A stretch of DNA of 64,000 nucleotides from the human T2T-CHM13v2.0 reference genome, Homo sapiens. The notes under the pieces were generated by a model. The model did no database searches and was not told the origin of the DNA. It saw only the letters and a list, made by a program, of their open reading frames with translations. Positions 12,901-27,100 of this stretch are shown here, one piece after another (the stretch's first letter is position 1; each line of letters begins with the position of its first letter). The translations under genes were made by a program, and so were the position numbers. The stretch lies in NCBI RefSeq assembly GCF_009914755.1, contig NC_060934.1; one strand, written 5' to 3'.

Positions 12901-15900
12901 TGTGCCTTCAACTCACAGAGTTTAACCTTTCTTTTCATAGAGCAGTGTGGAAACACTCTATTTGTAAAGTCTGCAAGTGGATATTTGGACCTCTTTGAGG
13001 CCTTCGTTGGAAACGGGATTTCTTCATACAACGCTAGACAGAAGAATTCTCAGTAACTTCTTTGTGTTGTGTGTATTCAACTCACAGAGTTGAACCTTTC
13101 TTTAGAGAGAGCAGAGTTGAAACACTCTGTTTTTGGAATTTGCAAGTGCAGATTTCAAGCGATTCTAGGCCTATGGCAGAAAAGGAAATATCTTCGTATA
13201 AAAACTACACAGAATCATTCTCAACAACTACTTTGTGATGTGTGCGTTCAACTCACAGAGTTTAAACTTTCTTTTCATAGAGCAGTTTGGAAACACTCTG
13301 TTTGTAAAGCCTGCAAGTGCTTTTTTGGACTTCATTGAGGCCTTCGTTGGAAACGGGATTTCTTCATATAATGCTAGACAGAAGAATTCTCAGTCACTTC
13401 TTTGTGTTGTGTGTATTCAAGTCACAGAGTTGAACCTTCCTTTAGACAGAGCAGTTTTGAAAAATTCTTTCTGTGGAATTTGCAAGTGGAGATTTCAAGC
13501 GATTTGAGGCTAATCTTTGAAATGGAAATATCTTCGTGTAAAAACTACACAGAATCATTCTCAGAAACTGCTTTGTCATCTGTGCGTTCAGTTCACAGAG
13601 TTTCACCTTTCTCTTCATAGAGCAGTTTGGAAAGACTCTGTCTGTAAAGTCTGCAAGTGATTAGTTAGACCCCTTTGAGGCCTTCGTTGGAAGCGGGATT
13701 TCTCATTTACTGCTAGACAGAAGAATTCTCAGTAAATCCTTTGTGTTGTGTGTATTCAACTCACAGAGTGGAACCTTCCTTTATTCAGAGCAGTTTTGAA
13801 ACACTGTTTTTGTGGAATTTGCAAGTGGAGATTTCAAGCGATTTGACGCCAATCTTAGACATGGAAATATCTTCATATTAAAAGTACACAGAGTCATTCG
13901 TAGAAACTAGTTTGTGATGTGTGCCTTCAACTCACAGAGTTTAACCTTTCTTTTCATAGAGCAGTTGGGAAACACTCTATTTGTAAAGTCTGCAAGTGGA
14001 TATTTGGACCTCTTTGAGGCCTTCGTTGGAAACGGGATTTCTTCATATAACGCTAGACAGAAGAATTCTCAGTAACTTCTTTGTGTTGTGTGTATTCAAC
14101 TCACAGAGTTGAACCTTTCTTTAGAGGGAGCAGAGGTGAAACACTCTTTTTGTGGAATTTGCTAGTGTAGATTTCAAACGCTTCGAAGACAGTGATAGAA
14201 AAGGATATATCTTCGTATTAAAAGTAGACAAAATCATTCTCAGAAAACTCTTTGTGATGTGTGTGTTCAACTCACAGAGTTTAACCTTTCTTTAATCGAG
14301 CAGTTTGGAAATACACTCTTTGTAAGTCTGCAGGTGGATATTTGGCCCTCTTTAAGCCCTTCATTGGAAACGGGATTTCCTCATATAATGCTAGACAGAA
14401 GAATTCTCAGTAACTTCTTTGTGTTGTTTGTATTCAACACACAGATTTGAACCTTCCTTTAGAGAGAGCAGATTTGAAACACTCTGTTTTTGGAATTTGC
14501 AAGTGCAGGTTTCAAGCGCTTCTAGGCCTATGGCAGAAAAGGAAATATCTTCGTATAAAAACTACACAGAATCATTCTCAACAACTACTTTGTGATGTGT
14601 GCGTTCAACTCACAGAGGTTAACCTTTCTTTTCATAGAGCAGTTTGGAAACACTCTGTTTGTAAAGCCTGCAAGTGCTTTTTTGGACTTCATTGAGGCCT
14701 TCGTTGGAAACGGGATTTCTTCATACAACGCTAGACAGAAGAATTCTCAGTAACTTCTTTGTGTTGTGTGTATTCAACTCACAGAGTTGAACCTTTCTTT
14801 AGAGAGAACAGAGTTGAAACACTCTGTTTTTGGAATTTGCAAGTGCAGATTTCAAGCGATTCTAGGCCTATGGCAGAAAAGGAAATATCTTCGTATAAAA
14901 ACTACACAGAATCATTCTCAACAACTACTTTGTGATGTGTGCGTTCAACTCACAGAGTTTAACCTTTCTTTTCATAGAGCAGTTTGGAAACACTCTGTTT
15001 GTAAAGCCTGCAAGTGCTTTTTTGGACTTCATTGAGGCCTTCGTTGGAAACGGGATTTCTTCATATAATGCTAGACAGAAGAATTCTCAGTCACTTCTTT
15101 GTGTTGTGTGTATTCAAGTCACAGAGTTGAACCTTCCTTTAGACAGAGCAGTTTTGAAAAATTCTTTCTGTGGAATTTGCAAGTGGAGATTTCAAGCGAT
15201 TTGAGGCTAATCTTTGAAATGGAAATATCTTCGTGTAAAAACTACACAGAATCATTCTCAGAAACTGCTTTGTCATCTGTGCGTTCAGTTCACAGAGTTT
15301 CACCTTTCTCTTCATAGAGCAGTTTGGAAAGACTCTGTCTGTAAAGTCTGCAAGTGATTAGTTAGACCCCTTTGAGGCCTTCTTTGGAAGCGGGATTTCT
15401 CATTTACTGCTAGACAGAAGAATTCTCAGTAAATCCTTTGTGTTGTGTGTATTCAACTCACAGAGTGGAACCTTCCTTTATTCAGAGCAGTTTTGAAAAA
15501 CACTTTTTGTGGAATTTGCTAGTGGAGATTTCAAGCGATTTGACGCCAATCTTAGACATGGAAATATCTTCATATTAAAAGTACACAGAGTCATTCGTAG
15601 AAACTAGTTTGTGATGTGTGCCTTCAACTCACAGAGTTTAACCTTTCTTTCCATAGAGCAGTTTGGAAACACTCTATTTGTAAAGTCTGCAAGTGGATAT
15701 TTGGACCTCTTTGAGGCCTTCGTTGGAAACGGGATTTCTTCATACAACGCTAGACAGAAGAATTCTCAGTAACTTCTTTGTGCTGTGTGTATTCAACTCA
15801 CAGAGTTGAACCTTTCTTTAGAGGGAGCAGAGGTGAAACAGTCTTTTTGTGGAATTTGCTAGTGTAGATTTCAAACGCTTCGAAGTCAGTGATAGAAAAG

Positions 15901-18900
15901 GATATATCTTCGTATTAAAAGTAGACAAAATCATTCTCAGAAAACTCTTTGTGATGTGTGTGTTCAACTCACAGAGTTTAACCTTTCTTTAATCGAGCAG
16001 TTTGGAAATACACTCTTTGTAAGTCTGCAGGTGGATATTTGGCCCTCTTTGAGCCCTTGGTTGGAAACGGGATTTCCTCTTATAATGCTAGACAGAAGAA
16101 TTCTCAGTAACTTCTCTGTGTTGTTTGTATTCAACACACAGATTTGAACCTTCCTTTAGAGAGAGCAGATTTGAAACACTCTGTTTTTGGAATTTGCAAG
16201 TGCAGATTTCAAGCGCTTCTAGGCCTATGGCAGAAAAGGAAATATCTTCGTATAAAAACTACACAGAATCATTCTCAACAACTACTTTGTGATGTGTGCG
16301 TTCAACTCACAGAGTTTAACCTTTCTTTTCATAGAGCAGTTTGGAAACACTCTGTTTGTAAAGCCTGCAAGTGCTTTTTTGGACTTCATTGAGGCCTTCG
16401 TTGGAAACGGGATTTCTTCATACAACGCTAGACAGAAGAATTCTCAGTAACTTCTTTGTGTTGTGTGTATTCAACTCACAGAGTTGAACCTTTCTTTAGA
16501 GGGAGCAGAGGTGAAACACTCTTTTTGTGGAATTTGCTAGTGTAGATTTCAAACGCTTCGAAGACAGTGATAGAAAAGGATATATCTTCGTATTAAAAGT
16601 AGACAAAATCATTCTCAGAAAACTCTTTGTGATGTGTGTGTTCAACTCACAGAGTTTAACCTTTCTTTAATCGAGCAGTTTGGAAATACACTCTTTGTAA
16701 GTCTGCAGGTGGATATTTGGCCCTCTTTGAGCCCTTCATTGGAAACGGGATTTCCTCATATAATGCTAGACAGAAGAATTCTCAGTAACTTCTTTGTGTT
16801 GTTTGTATTCAACACACAGTTTTGAACCTTCCTTTAGAGAGAGCAGATTTGAAACACTCTGTTTTTGGAATTTGCAAGTGCAGATTTCAAGCGCTTCTAG
16901 GCCTATGGCAGAAAAGGAAATATCTTCGTATAAAAACTACACAGAATCATTCTCAACAACTACTTTGTGATGTGTGCGTTCAACTCACAGAGGTTAACCT
17001 TTCTTTTCATAGAGCAGTTTGGAAACACTCTGTTTGTAAAGCCTGCAAGTGCTTTTTTGGACTTCATTGAGGCCTTCGTTGGAAACGGGATTTCTTCATA
17101 CAACGCTAGACAGAAGAATTCTCAGTAACTTCTTTGTGTTGTGTGTATTCAACTCACAGAGTTGAACCTTTCTTTAGAGAGAACAGAGTTGAAACACTCT
17201 GTTTTTGGAATTTGCAAGTGCAGATTTCAAGCGATTCTAGGCCTATGGCAGAAAAGGAAATATCTTCGTATAAAAACTACACAGAATCATTCTCAACAAC
17301 TACTTTGTGATGTGTGCGTTCAACTCACAGAGTTTAACCTTTCTTTTCATAGAGCAGTTTGGAAACACTCTGTTTGTAAAGCCTGCAAGTGCTTTTTTGG
17401 ACTTCATTGAGGCCTTCGTTGGAAACGGGATTTCTTCATATAATGCTAGACAGAAGAATTCTCAGTCACTTCTTTGTGTTGTGTGTATTCAAGTCACAGA
17501 GTTGAACCTTCCTTTAGACAGAGCAGTTTTGAAAAATTCTTTCTGTGGAATTTGCAAGTGGAGATTTCAAGCGATTTGAGGCTAATCTTTGAAATGGAAA
17601 TATCTTCGTGTAAAAACTACACAGAATCATTCTCAGAAACTGCTTTGTCATCTGTGCGTTCAGTTCACAGAGTTTCACCTTTCTCTTCATAGAGCAGTTT
17701 GGAAAGACTCTGTCTGTAAAGTCTGCAAGTGATTAGTTAGACCCCTTTGAGGCCTTCTTTGGAAGCGGGATTTCTCATTTACTGCTAGACAGAAGAATTC
17801 TCAGTAAATCCTTTGTGTTGTGTGTATTCAACTCACAGAGTGGAACCTTCCTTTATTCAGAGCAGTTTTGAAAAACACTTTTTGTGGAATTTGCAAGTGG
17901 AGATTTCAGGCGATTTGACGCCAATCTTAGACATGGAAATATCTTCATATTAAAAGTACACAGAGTCATTCGTAGAAACTAGTTTGTGATGTGTGCCTTC
18001 AACTCACAGAGTTTAACCTTTCTTTCCATAGAGCAGTTTGGAAACACTCTATTTGTAAAGTCTGCAAGTGGATATTTGGACCTCTTTGAGGCCTTCGTTG
18101 GAAACGGGATTTCTTCATACAACGCTAGACAGAAGAATTCTCAGTAACTTCTTTGTGTTGTGTGTATTCAACTCACAGAGTTGAACCTTTCTTTAGAGGG
18201 AGCAGAGGTGAAACAGTCTTTTTGTGGAATTTGCTAGTGTAGATTTCAAACGCTTCGAAGTCAGTGATAGAAAAGGATATATCTTCGTATTAAAAGTAGA
18301 CAAAATCATTCTCAGAAAACTCTTTGTGATGTGTGTGTTCAACTCACAGAGTTTAACCTTTCTTTAATCGAGCAGTTTGGAAATACACTCTTTGTAAGTC
18401 TGCAGGTGGATATTTGGCCCTCTTTGAGCCCTTGGTTGGAAACGGGATTTCCTCTTATAATGCTAGACAGAAGAATTCTCAGTAACTTCTCTGTGTTGTT
18501 TGTATTCAACACACAGATTTGAACCTTCCTTTAGAGAGAGCAGATTTGAAACACTCTGTTTTTGGAATTTGCAAGTGCAGATTTCAAGCGCTTCTAGGCC
18601 TATGGCAGAAAAGGAAATATCTTCGTATAAAAACTACACAGAATCATTCTCAACAACTACTTTGTGATGTGTGCGTTCAACTCACAGAGTTTAACCTTTC
18701 TTTTCATAGAGCAGTTTGGAAACACTCTGTTTGTAAAGCCTGCAAGTGCTTTTTTGGACTTCATTGAGGCCTTCGTTGGAAACGGGATTTCTTCATACAA
18801 CGTTAGACAGAAGAATTCTCAGTAACTTCTTTGTGTTGTGTGTATTCAACTCACAGAGTTGAACCTTTCTTTAGAGAGAGCAGAGTTGAAACACTCTGTT

Positions 18901-21188
18901 TTTGGAATTTGCAAGTGCAGATTTCAAGCGATTCTAGGCCTATGGCAGAAAAGGAAATATCTTCGTATAAAAACTACACAGAATCATTCTCAACAACTAC
19001 TTTGTGATGTGTGCGTTCAACTCACAGAGTTTAACCTTTCTTTTCATAGAGCAGTTTGGAAACACTCTGTTTGTAAAGCCTGCAAGTGCTTTTTTGGACT
19101 TCATTGAGGCCTTCGTTGGAAACGGGATTTCTTCATATAATGCTAGACAGAAGAATTCTCAGTCACTTCTTTGTGTTGTGTGTATTCAAGTCACAGAGTT
19201 GAACCTTCCTTTAGACAGAGCAGTTTTGAAAAATTCTTTCTGTGGAGTTTGCAAGTGGAGATTTCAAGCGATTTGAGGCTAATCTTTGAAATGGAAATAT
19301 CTTCGTGTAAAAACTACACAGAATCATTCTCAGAAACTGCTTTGTCATCTGTGCGTTCAGTTCACAGAGTTTCACCTTTCTCTTCATAGAGCAGTTTGGA
19401 AAGACTCTGTCTGTAAAGTCTGCAAGTGATTAGTTAGACCCCTTTGAGGCCTTCGTTGGAAGCGGGATTTCTCATTTACTGCTAGACAGAAGAATTCTCA
19501 GTAAATCCTTTGTGTTGTGTGTATTCAACTCACAGAGTGGAACCTTCCTTTATTCAGAGCAGTTTTGAAACACTCTTTTTGTGGAATTTGCAAGTGGAGA
19601 TTTCAAGCGATTTGACGCCAATCTTAGACATGGAAATATCTTCATATTAAAAGTACACAGAGTCATTCGTAGAAACTAGTTTGTGATGTGTGCCTTCAAC
19701 TCACAGAGTTTAACCTTTCTTTTCATAGAGCAGTTCGGAAACACTCTATTTGTAAAGTCTGCAAGTGGATATTTGGACCTCTTTGAGGCCTTCGTTGGAA
19801 ACGGGATTTCTTCATATAACGCTAGACAGAAGAATTCTCAGTAACTTCTTTGTGTTGTGTGTATTCAACTCACAGAGTTGAACCTTTCTTTAGAGGGAGC
19901 AGAGGTGAAACACTCTTTTTGTGGAATTTGCTAGTGTAGATTTCAAACGCTTCGAAGACAGTGATAGAAAAGGATATATCTTCGTATTAAAAGTAGACAA
20001 AATCATTCTCAGAAAACTCTTTGTGATGTGTGTGTTCAACTCACAGAGTTTAACCTTTCTTTAATCGAGCAGTTTGGAAATACACTCTTTGTAAGTCTGC
20101 AGGTGGATATTTGGCCCTCTTTGAGCCCTTCGTTGGAAACGGGATTTCCTCATATAATGCTAGACAGAAGAATTCTCAGTAACTTCTTTGTGTTGTTTGT
20201 ATTCAACACACAGATTTGAACCTTCCTTTAGAGAGAGCAGATTTGAAACACTCTGTTTTTGGAATTTGCAAGTGCAGATTTCAAGCGCTTCTAGGCCTAT
20301 GGCAGAAAAGGAAATATCTTCGTATAAAAACTACACAGAATCATTCTCAACAACTACTTTGTGATGTGTGCGTTCAACTCACAGAGTTTAACCTTTCTTT
20401 TCATAGAGCAGTTTGGAAACACTCTGTTTGTAAAGACTGCAAGTGCTTTTTTGGACTTCATTGAGGCCTTCGTTGGAAACGGGATTTCTTCATATAATGC
20501 TAGACAGAAGAATTCTCAGTCACTTCTTTGTGTTGTGTGTATTCAAGTCACAGAGTTGAACCTTCCTTTAGACAGAGCAGTTTTGAAAAATTCTTTCTGT
20601 GGAATTTGCAAGTGGAGATTTCAAGCGATTTGAGGCTAATCTTTGAAATGGAAATATCTTCGTGTAAAAACTACACAGAATCATTCTCAGAAACTGCTTT
20701 GTCATCTGTGCGTTTAGTTCACAGAGTTTCACCTTTCTCTTCATAGAGCAGTTTGGAAAGACTCTGTCTGTAAAGTCTGCAAGTGATTAGTTAGACCCCT
20801 TTGAGGCCTTCGTTGGAAGCGGTATTTCTCATTTACTGCTAGACAGAAGAATTCTCAGTAAATCCTTTGTGTTGTGTGTATTCAACTCACAGAGTGGAAC
20901 CTTCCTTTATTCAGAGCAGTTTTGAAACACTCTTTTTGTGGAATTTGCAAGTGGAGATTTCAAGCGATTTGACGCCAATCTTAGACATGGAAATATCTTC
21001 ATATTAAAAGTACACAGAGTCATTCGTAGAAACTAGTTTGTGATGTGTGCCTTCAACTCACAGAGTTTAACCTTTCTTTTCATAGAGCAGTTGGGAAACA
21101 CTCTAGTTGTAAAGTCTGCAAGTGGATATTTGGACCTCTTTGAGGCCTTCGTTGGAAACGGGATTTCTTCATATAACGCTAGACAGAA

Positions 21189-24100
21189 GAATTCTCAGTA
21201 ACTTCTTTGTGTTGTGTGTATTCAACTCACAGAGTTGAACCTTTCTTTAGAGGGAGCAGAGGTGAAACAGACTTTTTGTGGAATTTGCTAGTGTAGATTT
21301 CAAACGCTTCGAAGTCAGTGATAGAAAAGGATATATCTTCGTATTAAAAGTAGACAAAATCATTCTCAGAAAACTCTTTGTGATGTGTGTGTTCAACTCA
21401 CAGAGTTTAACCTTTCTTTAATCGAGCAGTTTGGAAATACACTCTTTGTAAGTCTGCAGGTGGATATTTGGCCCTCTTTGAGCCCTTCTTTGGAAACGGG
21501 ATTTCCTCTTATAATGCTAGACAGAAGAATTCTCAGTAACTTCTCTGTGTTGTTTGTATTCAACACACAGATTTGAACCTTCCTTTAGAGAGAGCAGATT
21601 TGAAACACTCTGTTTTTGGAATTTGCAAGTGCAGATTTCAAGCGATTCTAGGCCTATGGCAGAAAAGGAAATATCTTCGTATAAAAACTACACAGAATCA
21701 TTCTCAACAACTACTTTGTGATGTGTGCGTTCAACTCACAGAGTTTAACCTTTCTTTTCATAGAGCAGTTTGGAAACACTCTGTTTGTAAAGCCTGCAAG
21801 TGCTTTTTTGGACTTCATTGAGGCCTTCGTTGGAAACGGGATTTCTTCATACAACGCTAGACAGAAGAATTCTCAGTAACTTCTTTGTGTTGTTTGTATT
21901 CAACTCACAGAGTTGAACCTTTCTTTAGAGAGAGCAGAGTTGAAACACTCTGTTTTTGGAATTTGCAAGTGCAGATTTCAAGCGATTCTAGGCCTATGGC
22001 AGAAAAGGAAATATCTTCGTATAAAAACTACACAGAATCATTCTCAACAACTACTTTGTGATGTGTGCGTTCAACTCACAGAGTTTAACCTTTCTTTTCA
22101 TAGAGCAGTTTGGAAACACTCTGTTTGTAAAGCCTGCAAGTGCTTTTTTGGACTTCATTGAGGCCTTCGTTGGAAACGGGATTTCTTCATATAATGCTAG
22201 ACAGAAGAATTCTCAGTCACTTCTTTGTGTTGTGTGTATTCAAGTCACAGAGTTGAACCTTCCTTTAGACAGAGCAGTTTTGAAAAATTCTTTCTGTGGA
22301 GTTTGCAAGTGGAGATTTCAAGCGATTTGAGGCTAATCTTTGAAATGGAAATATCTTCGTGTAAAAACTACACAGAATCATTCTCAGAAACTGCTTTGTC
22401 ATCTGTGCGTTCAGTTCACAGAGTTTCACCTTTCTCTTCATAGAGCAGTTTGGAAAGACTCTGTCTGTAAAGTCTGCAAGTGATTAGTTAGACCCCTTTG
22501 AGGCCTTCGTTGGAAGCGGGATTTCTCATTTACTGCTAGACAGAAGAATTCTCAGTAAATCCTTTGTGTTGTGTGTATTCAACTCACAGAGTGGAACCTT
22601 CCTTTATTCAGAGCAGTTTTGAAACACTCTTTTTGTGGAATTTGCAAGTGGAGATTTCAAGCGATTTGACGCCAATCTTAGACATGGAAATATCTTCATA
22701 TTAAAAGTACACAGAGTCATTCGTAGAAACTAGTTTGTGATGTGTGCCTTCAACTCACAGAGTTTAACCTTTCTTTTCATAGAGCAGTTCGGAAACACTC
22801 TATTTGTAAAGTCTGCAAGTGGATATTTGGACCTCTTTGAGGCCTTCGTTGGAAACGGGATTTCTTCATATAACGCTAGACAGAAGAATTCTCAGTAACT
22901 TCTTTGTGTTGCGTGTATTCAACTCACAGAGTTGAACCTTTCTTTAGAGGGAGCAGAGGTGAAACACTCTTTTTGTGGAATTTGCTAGTGTAGATTTCAA
23001 ACGCTTCGAAGACAGTGATAGAAAAGGATATATCTTCGTATTAAAAGTAGACAAAATCATTCTCAGAAAACTCTTTGTGATGTGTGTGTTCAACTCACAG
23101 AGTTTAACCTTTCTTTAATCGAGCAGTTTGGAAATACACTCTTTGTAAGTCTGCAGGTGGATATTTGGCCCTCTTTGAGCCCTTCGTTGGAAACGGGATT
23201 TCCTCATATAATGCTAGACAGAAGAATTCTCAGTAACTTCTTTGTGTTGTTTGTATTCAACACACAGATTTGAACCTTCCTTTAGAGAGAGCAGATTTGA
23301 AACACTCTGTTTTTGGAATTTGCAAGTGCAGATTTCAAGCGCTTCTAGGCCTATGGCAGAAAAGGAAATATCTTCGTATAAAAACTACACAGAATCATTC
23401 TCAACAACTACTTTGTGATGTGTGCGTTCAACTCACAGAGTTTAACCTTTCTTTTCATAGAGCAGTTTGGAAACACTCTGTTTGTAAAGCGTGCAAGTGC
23501 TTTTTTGGACTTCATTGAGGCCTTCGTTGGAAACGGGATTTCTTCATACAACGCTAGACAGAAGAATTCTCAGTAACTTCTTTGTGTTGTGTGTATTCAA
23601 CTCACAGAGTTGAACCTTTCTTTAGAGAGAACAGAGTTGAAAAACTCTGTTTTTGGAATTTGCAAGTGCAGATTTCAAGCGATTCTAGGCCTATGGCAGA
23701 AAAGGAAATATCTTCGTATAAAAACTACACAGAATCATTCTCAACAACTACTTTGTGATGTGTGCGTTCAACTCACAGAGTTTAACCTTTCTTTTCATAG
23801 AGCAGTTTGGAAACACTCTGTTTGTAAAGCCTGCAATTGCTTTTTTGGACTTCATTGAGGCCTTCGTTGGAAACGGGATTTCTTCATATAATGCTAGACA
23901 GAAGAATTCTCAGTCACTTCTTTGTGTTGTGTGTATTCAAGTCACAGAGTTGAACCTTCCTTTAGACAGAGCAGTTTTGAAAAATTCTTTCTGTGGAATT
24001 TGCAGGTGGAGATTTCAAGCGATTTGAGGCTAATCTTTGAAATGGAAATATCTTCGTGTAAAAACTACACAGAATCATTCTCAGAAACTGCTTTGTCATC

Positions 24101-27100
24101 TGTGCGTTCAGTTCACAGAGTTTCACCTTTCTCTTCATAGAGCAGTTTGGAAAGACTCTGTCTGTAAAGTCTGCAAGTGATTAGTTAGACCCCTTTGAGG
24201 CCTTCTTTGGAAGCGGGATTTCTCATTTACTGCTAGACAGAAGAATTCTCAGTAAATCCTTTGTGTTGTGTGTATTCAACTCACAGAGTGGAACCTTCCT
24301 TTATTCAGAGCAGTTTTGAAAAACACTTTTTGTGGAATTTGCAAGTGGAGATTTCAGGCGATTTGACGCCAATCTTAGACATGGAAATATCTTCATATTA
24401 AAAGTACACAGAGTCATTCGTAGAAACTAGTTTGTGATGTGTGCCTTCAACTCACAGAGTTTAACCTTTCTTTTCATAGAGCAGTTTGGAAACACTCTAT
24501 TTGTAAAGTCTGCAAGTGGATATTTGGACCTCTTTGAGGCCTTCGTTGGAAACGGGATTTCTTCATACAACGCTAGACAGAAGAATTCTCAGTAACTTCT
24601 TTGTGCTGTGTGTATTCAACTCACAGAGTTGAACCTTTCTTTAGAGGGAGCAGAGGTGAAACAGTCTTTTTGTGGAATTTGCTAGTGTAGATTTCAAACG
24701 CTTCGAAGTCAGTGATAGAAAAGGATATATCTTCGTATTAAAAGTAGACAAAATCATTCTCAGAAAACTCTTTGTGATGTGTGTGTTCAACTCACAGAGT
24801 TTAACCTTTCTTTAATCGAGCAGTTTGGAAATACACTCTTTGTAAGTCTGCAGGTGGATATTTGGCCCTCTTTGAGCCCTTCTTTGGAAACGGGATTTCC
24901 TCTTATAATGCTAGACAGAAGAATTCTCAGTAACTTCTCTGTGTTGTTTGTATTCAACACACAGATTTGAACCTTCCTTTAGAGAGAGCAGATTTGAAAC
25001 ACTCTGTTTTTGGAATTTGCAAGTGCAGATTTCAAGCGCTTCTAGGCCTATGGCAGAAAAGGAAATATCTTCGTATAAAAACTACACAGAATCATTCTCA
25101 ACAACTACTTTGTGATGTGTGCGTTCAACTCACAGAGTTTAACCTTTCTTTTCATAGAGCAGTTTGGAAACACTCTGTTTGTAAAGCCTGCAAGTGCTTT
25201 TTTGGACTTCATTGAGGCCTTCGTTGGAAACGGGATTTCTTCATACAACGCTAGACAGAAGAATTCTCAGTAACTTCTTTGTGTTGTGTGTATTCAACTC
25301 ACAGAGTTGAACCTTTCTTTAGAGAGAGCAGAGTTGAAACACTCTGTTTTTGGAATTTGCAAGTGCAGATTTCAAGCGATTCTAGGCCTATGGCAGAAAA
25401 GGAAATATCTTCGTATAAAAACTACACAGAATCATTCTCAACAACTACTTTGTGATGTGTGCGTTCAACTCACAGAGTTTAACCTTTCTTTTCATAGAGC
25501 AGTTTGGAAACACTCTGTTTGTAAAGCCTGCAAGTGCTTTTTTGGACTTCATTGAGGCCTTCGTTGGAAACGGGATTTCTTCATATAATGCTAGACAGAA
25601 GAATTCTCAGTCACTTCTTTGTGTTGTGTGTATTCAAGTCACAGAGTTGAACCTTCCTTTAGACAGAGCAGTTTTGAAAAATTCTTTCTGTGGAGTTTGC
25701 AAGTGGAGATTTCAAGCGATTTGAGGCTAATCTTTGAAATGGAAATATCTTCGTGTAAAAACTACACAGAATCATTCTCAGAAACTGCTTTGTCATCTGT
25801 GCGTTCAGTTCACAGAGTTTCACCTTTCTCTTCATAGAGCAGTTTGGAAAGACTCTGTCTGTAAAGTCTGCAAGTGATTAGTTAGACCCCTTTGAGGCCT
25901 TCGTTGGAAGCGGGATTTCTCATTTACTGCTAGACAGAAGAATTCTCAGTAAATCCTTTGTGTTGTGTGTATTCAACTCACAGAGTGGAACCTTCCTTTA
26001 TTCAGAGCAGTTTTGAAACACTCTTTTTGTGGAATTTGCAAGTGGAGATTTCAAGCGATTTGACGCCAATCTTAGACATGGAAATATCTTCATATTAAAA
26101 GTACACAGAGTCATTCGTAGAAACTAGTTTGTGATGTGTGCCTTCAACTCACAGAGTTTAACCTTTCTTTTCATAGAGCAGTTGGGAAACACTCTATTTG
26201 TAAAGTCTGCAAGTGGATATTTGGACCTCTTTGAGGCCTTCGTTGGAAACGGGATTTCTTCATATAACGCTAGACAGAAGAATTCTCAGTAACTTCTTTG
26301 TGTTGCGTGTATTCAACTCACAGAGTTGAACCTTTCTTTAGAGGGAGCAGAGGTGAAACACTCTTTTTGTGGAATTTGCTAGTGTAGATTTCAAACGCTT
26401 CGAAGACAGTGATAGAAAAGGATATATCTTCGTATTAAAAGTAGACAAAATCATTCTCAGAAAACTCTTTGTGATGTGTGTGTTCAACTCACAGAGTTTA
26501 ACCTTTCTTTAATCGAGCAGTTTGGAAATACACTCTTTGTAAGTCTGCAGGTGGATATTTGGCCCTCTTTGAGCCCTTCGTTGGAAACGGGATTTCCTCA
26601 TATAATGCTAGACAGAAGAATTCTCAGTAACTTCTTTGTGTTGTTTGTATTCAACACACAGATTTGAACCTTCCTTTAGAGAGAGCAGATTTGAAACACT
26701 CTGTTTTTGGAATTTGCAAGTGCAGATTTCAAGCGCTTCTAGGCCTATGGCAGAAAAGGAAATATCTTCGTATAAAAACTACACAGAATCATTCTCAACA
26801 ACTACTTTGTGATGTGTGCGTTCAACTCACAGAGTTTAACCTTTCTTTTCATAGAGCAGTTTGGAAACACTCTGTTTGTAAAGCGTGCAAGTGCTTTTTT
26901 GGACTTCATTGAGGCCTTCGTTGGAAACGGGATTTCTTCATACAACGCTAGACAGAAGAATTCTCAGTAACTTCTTTGTGTTGTGTGTATTCAACTCACA
27001 GAGTTGAACCTTTCTTTAGAGAGAACAGAGTTGAAACACTCTGTTTTTGGAATTTGCAAGTGCAGATTTCAAGCGATTCTAGGCCTATGGCAGAAAAGGA

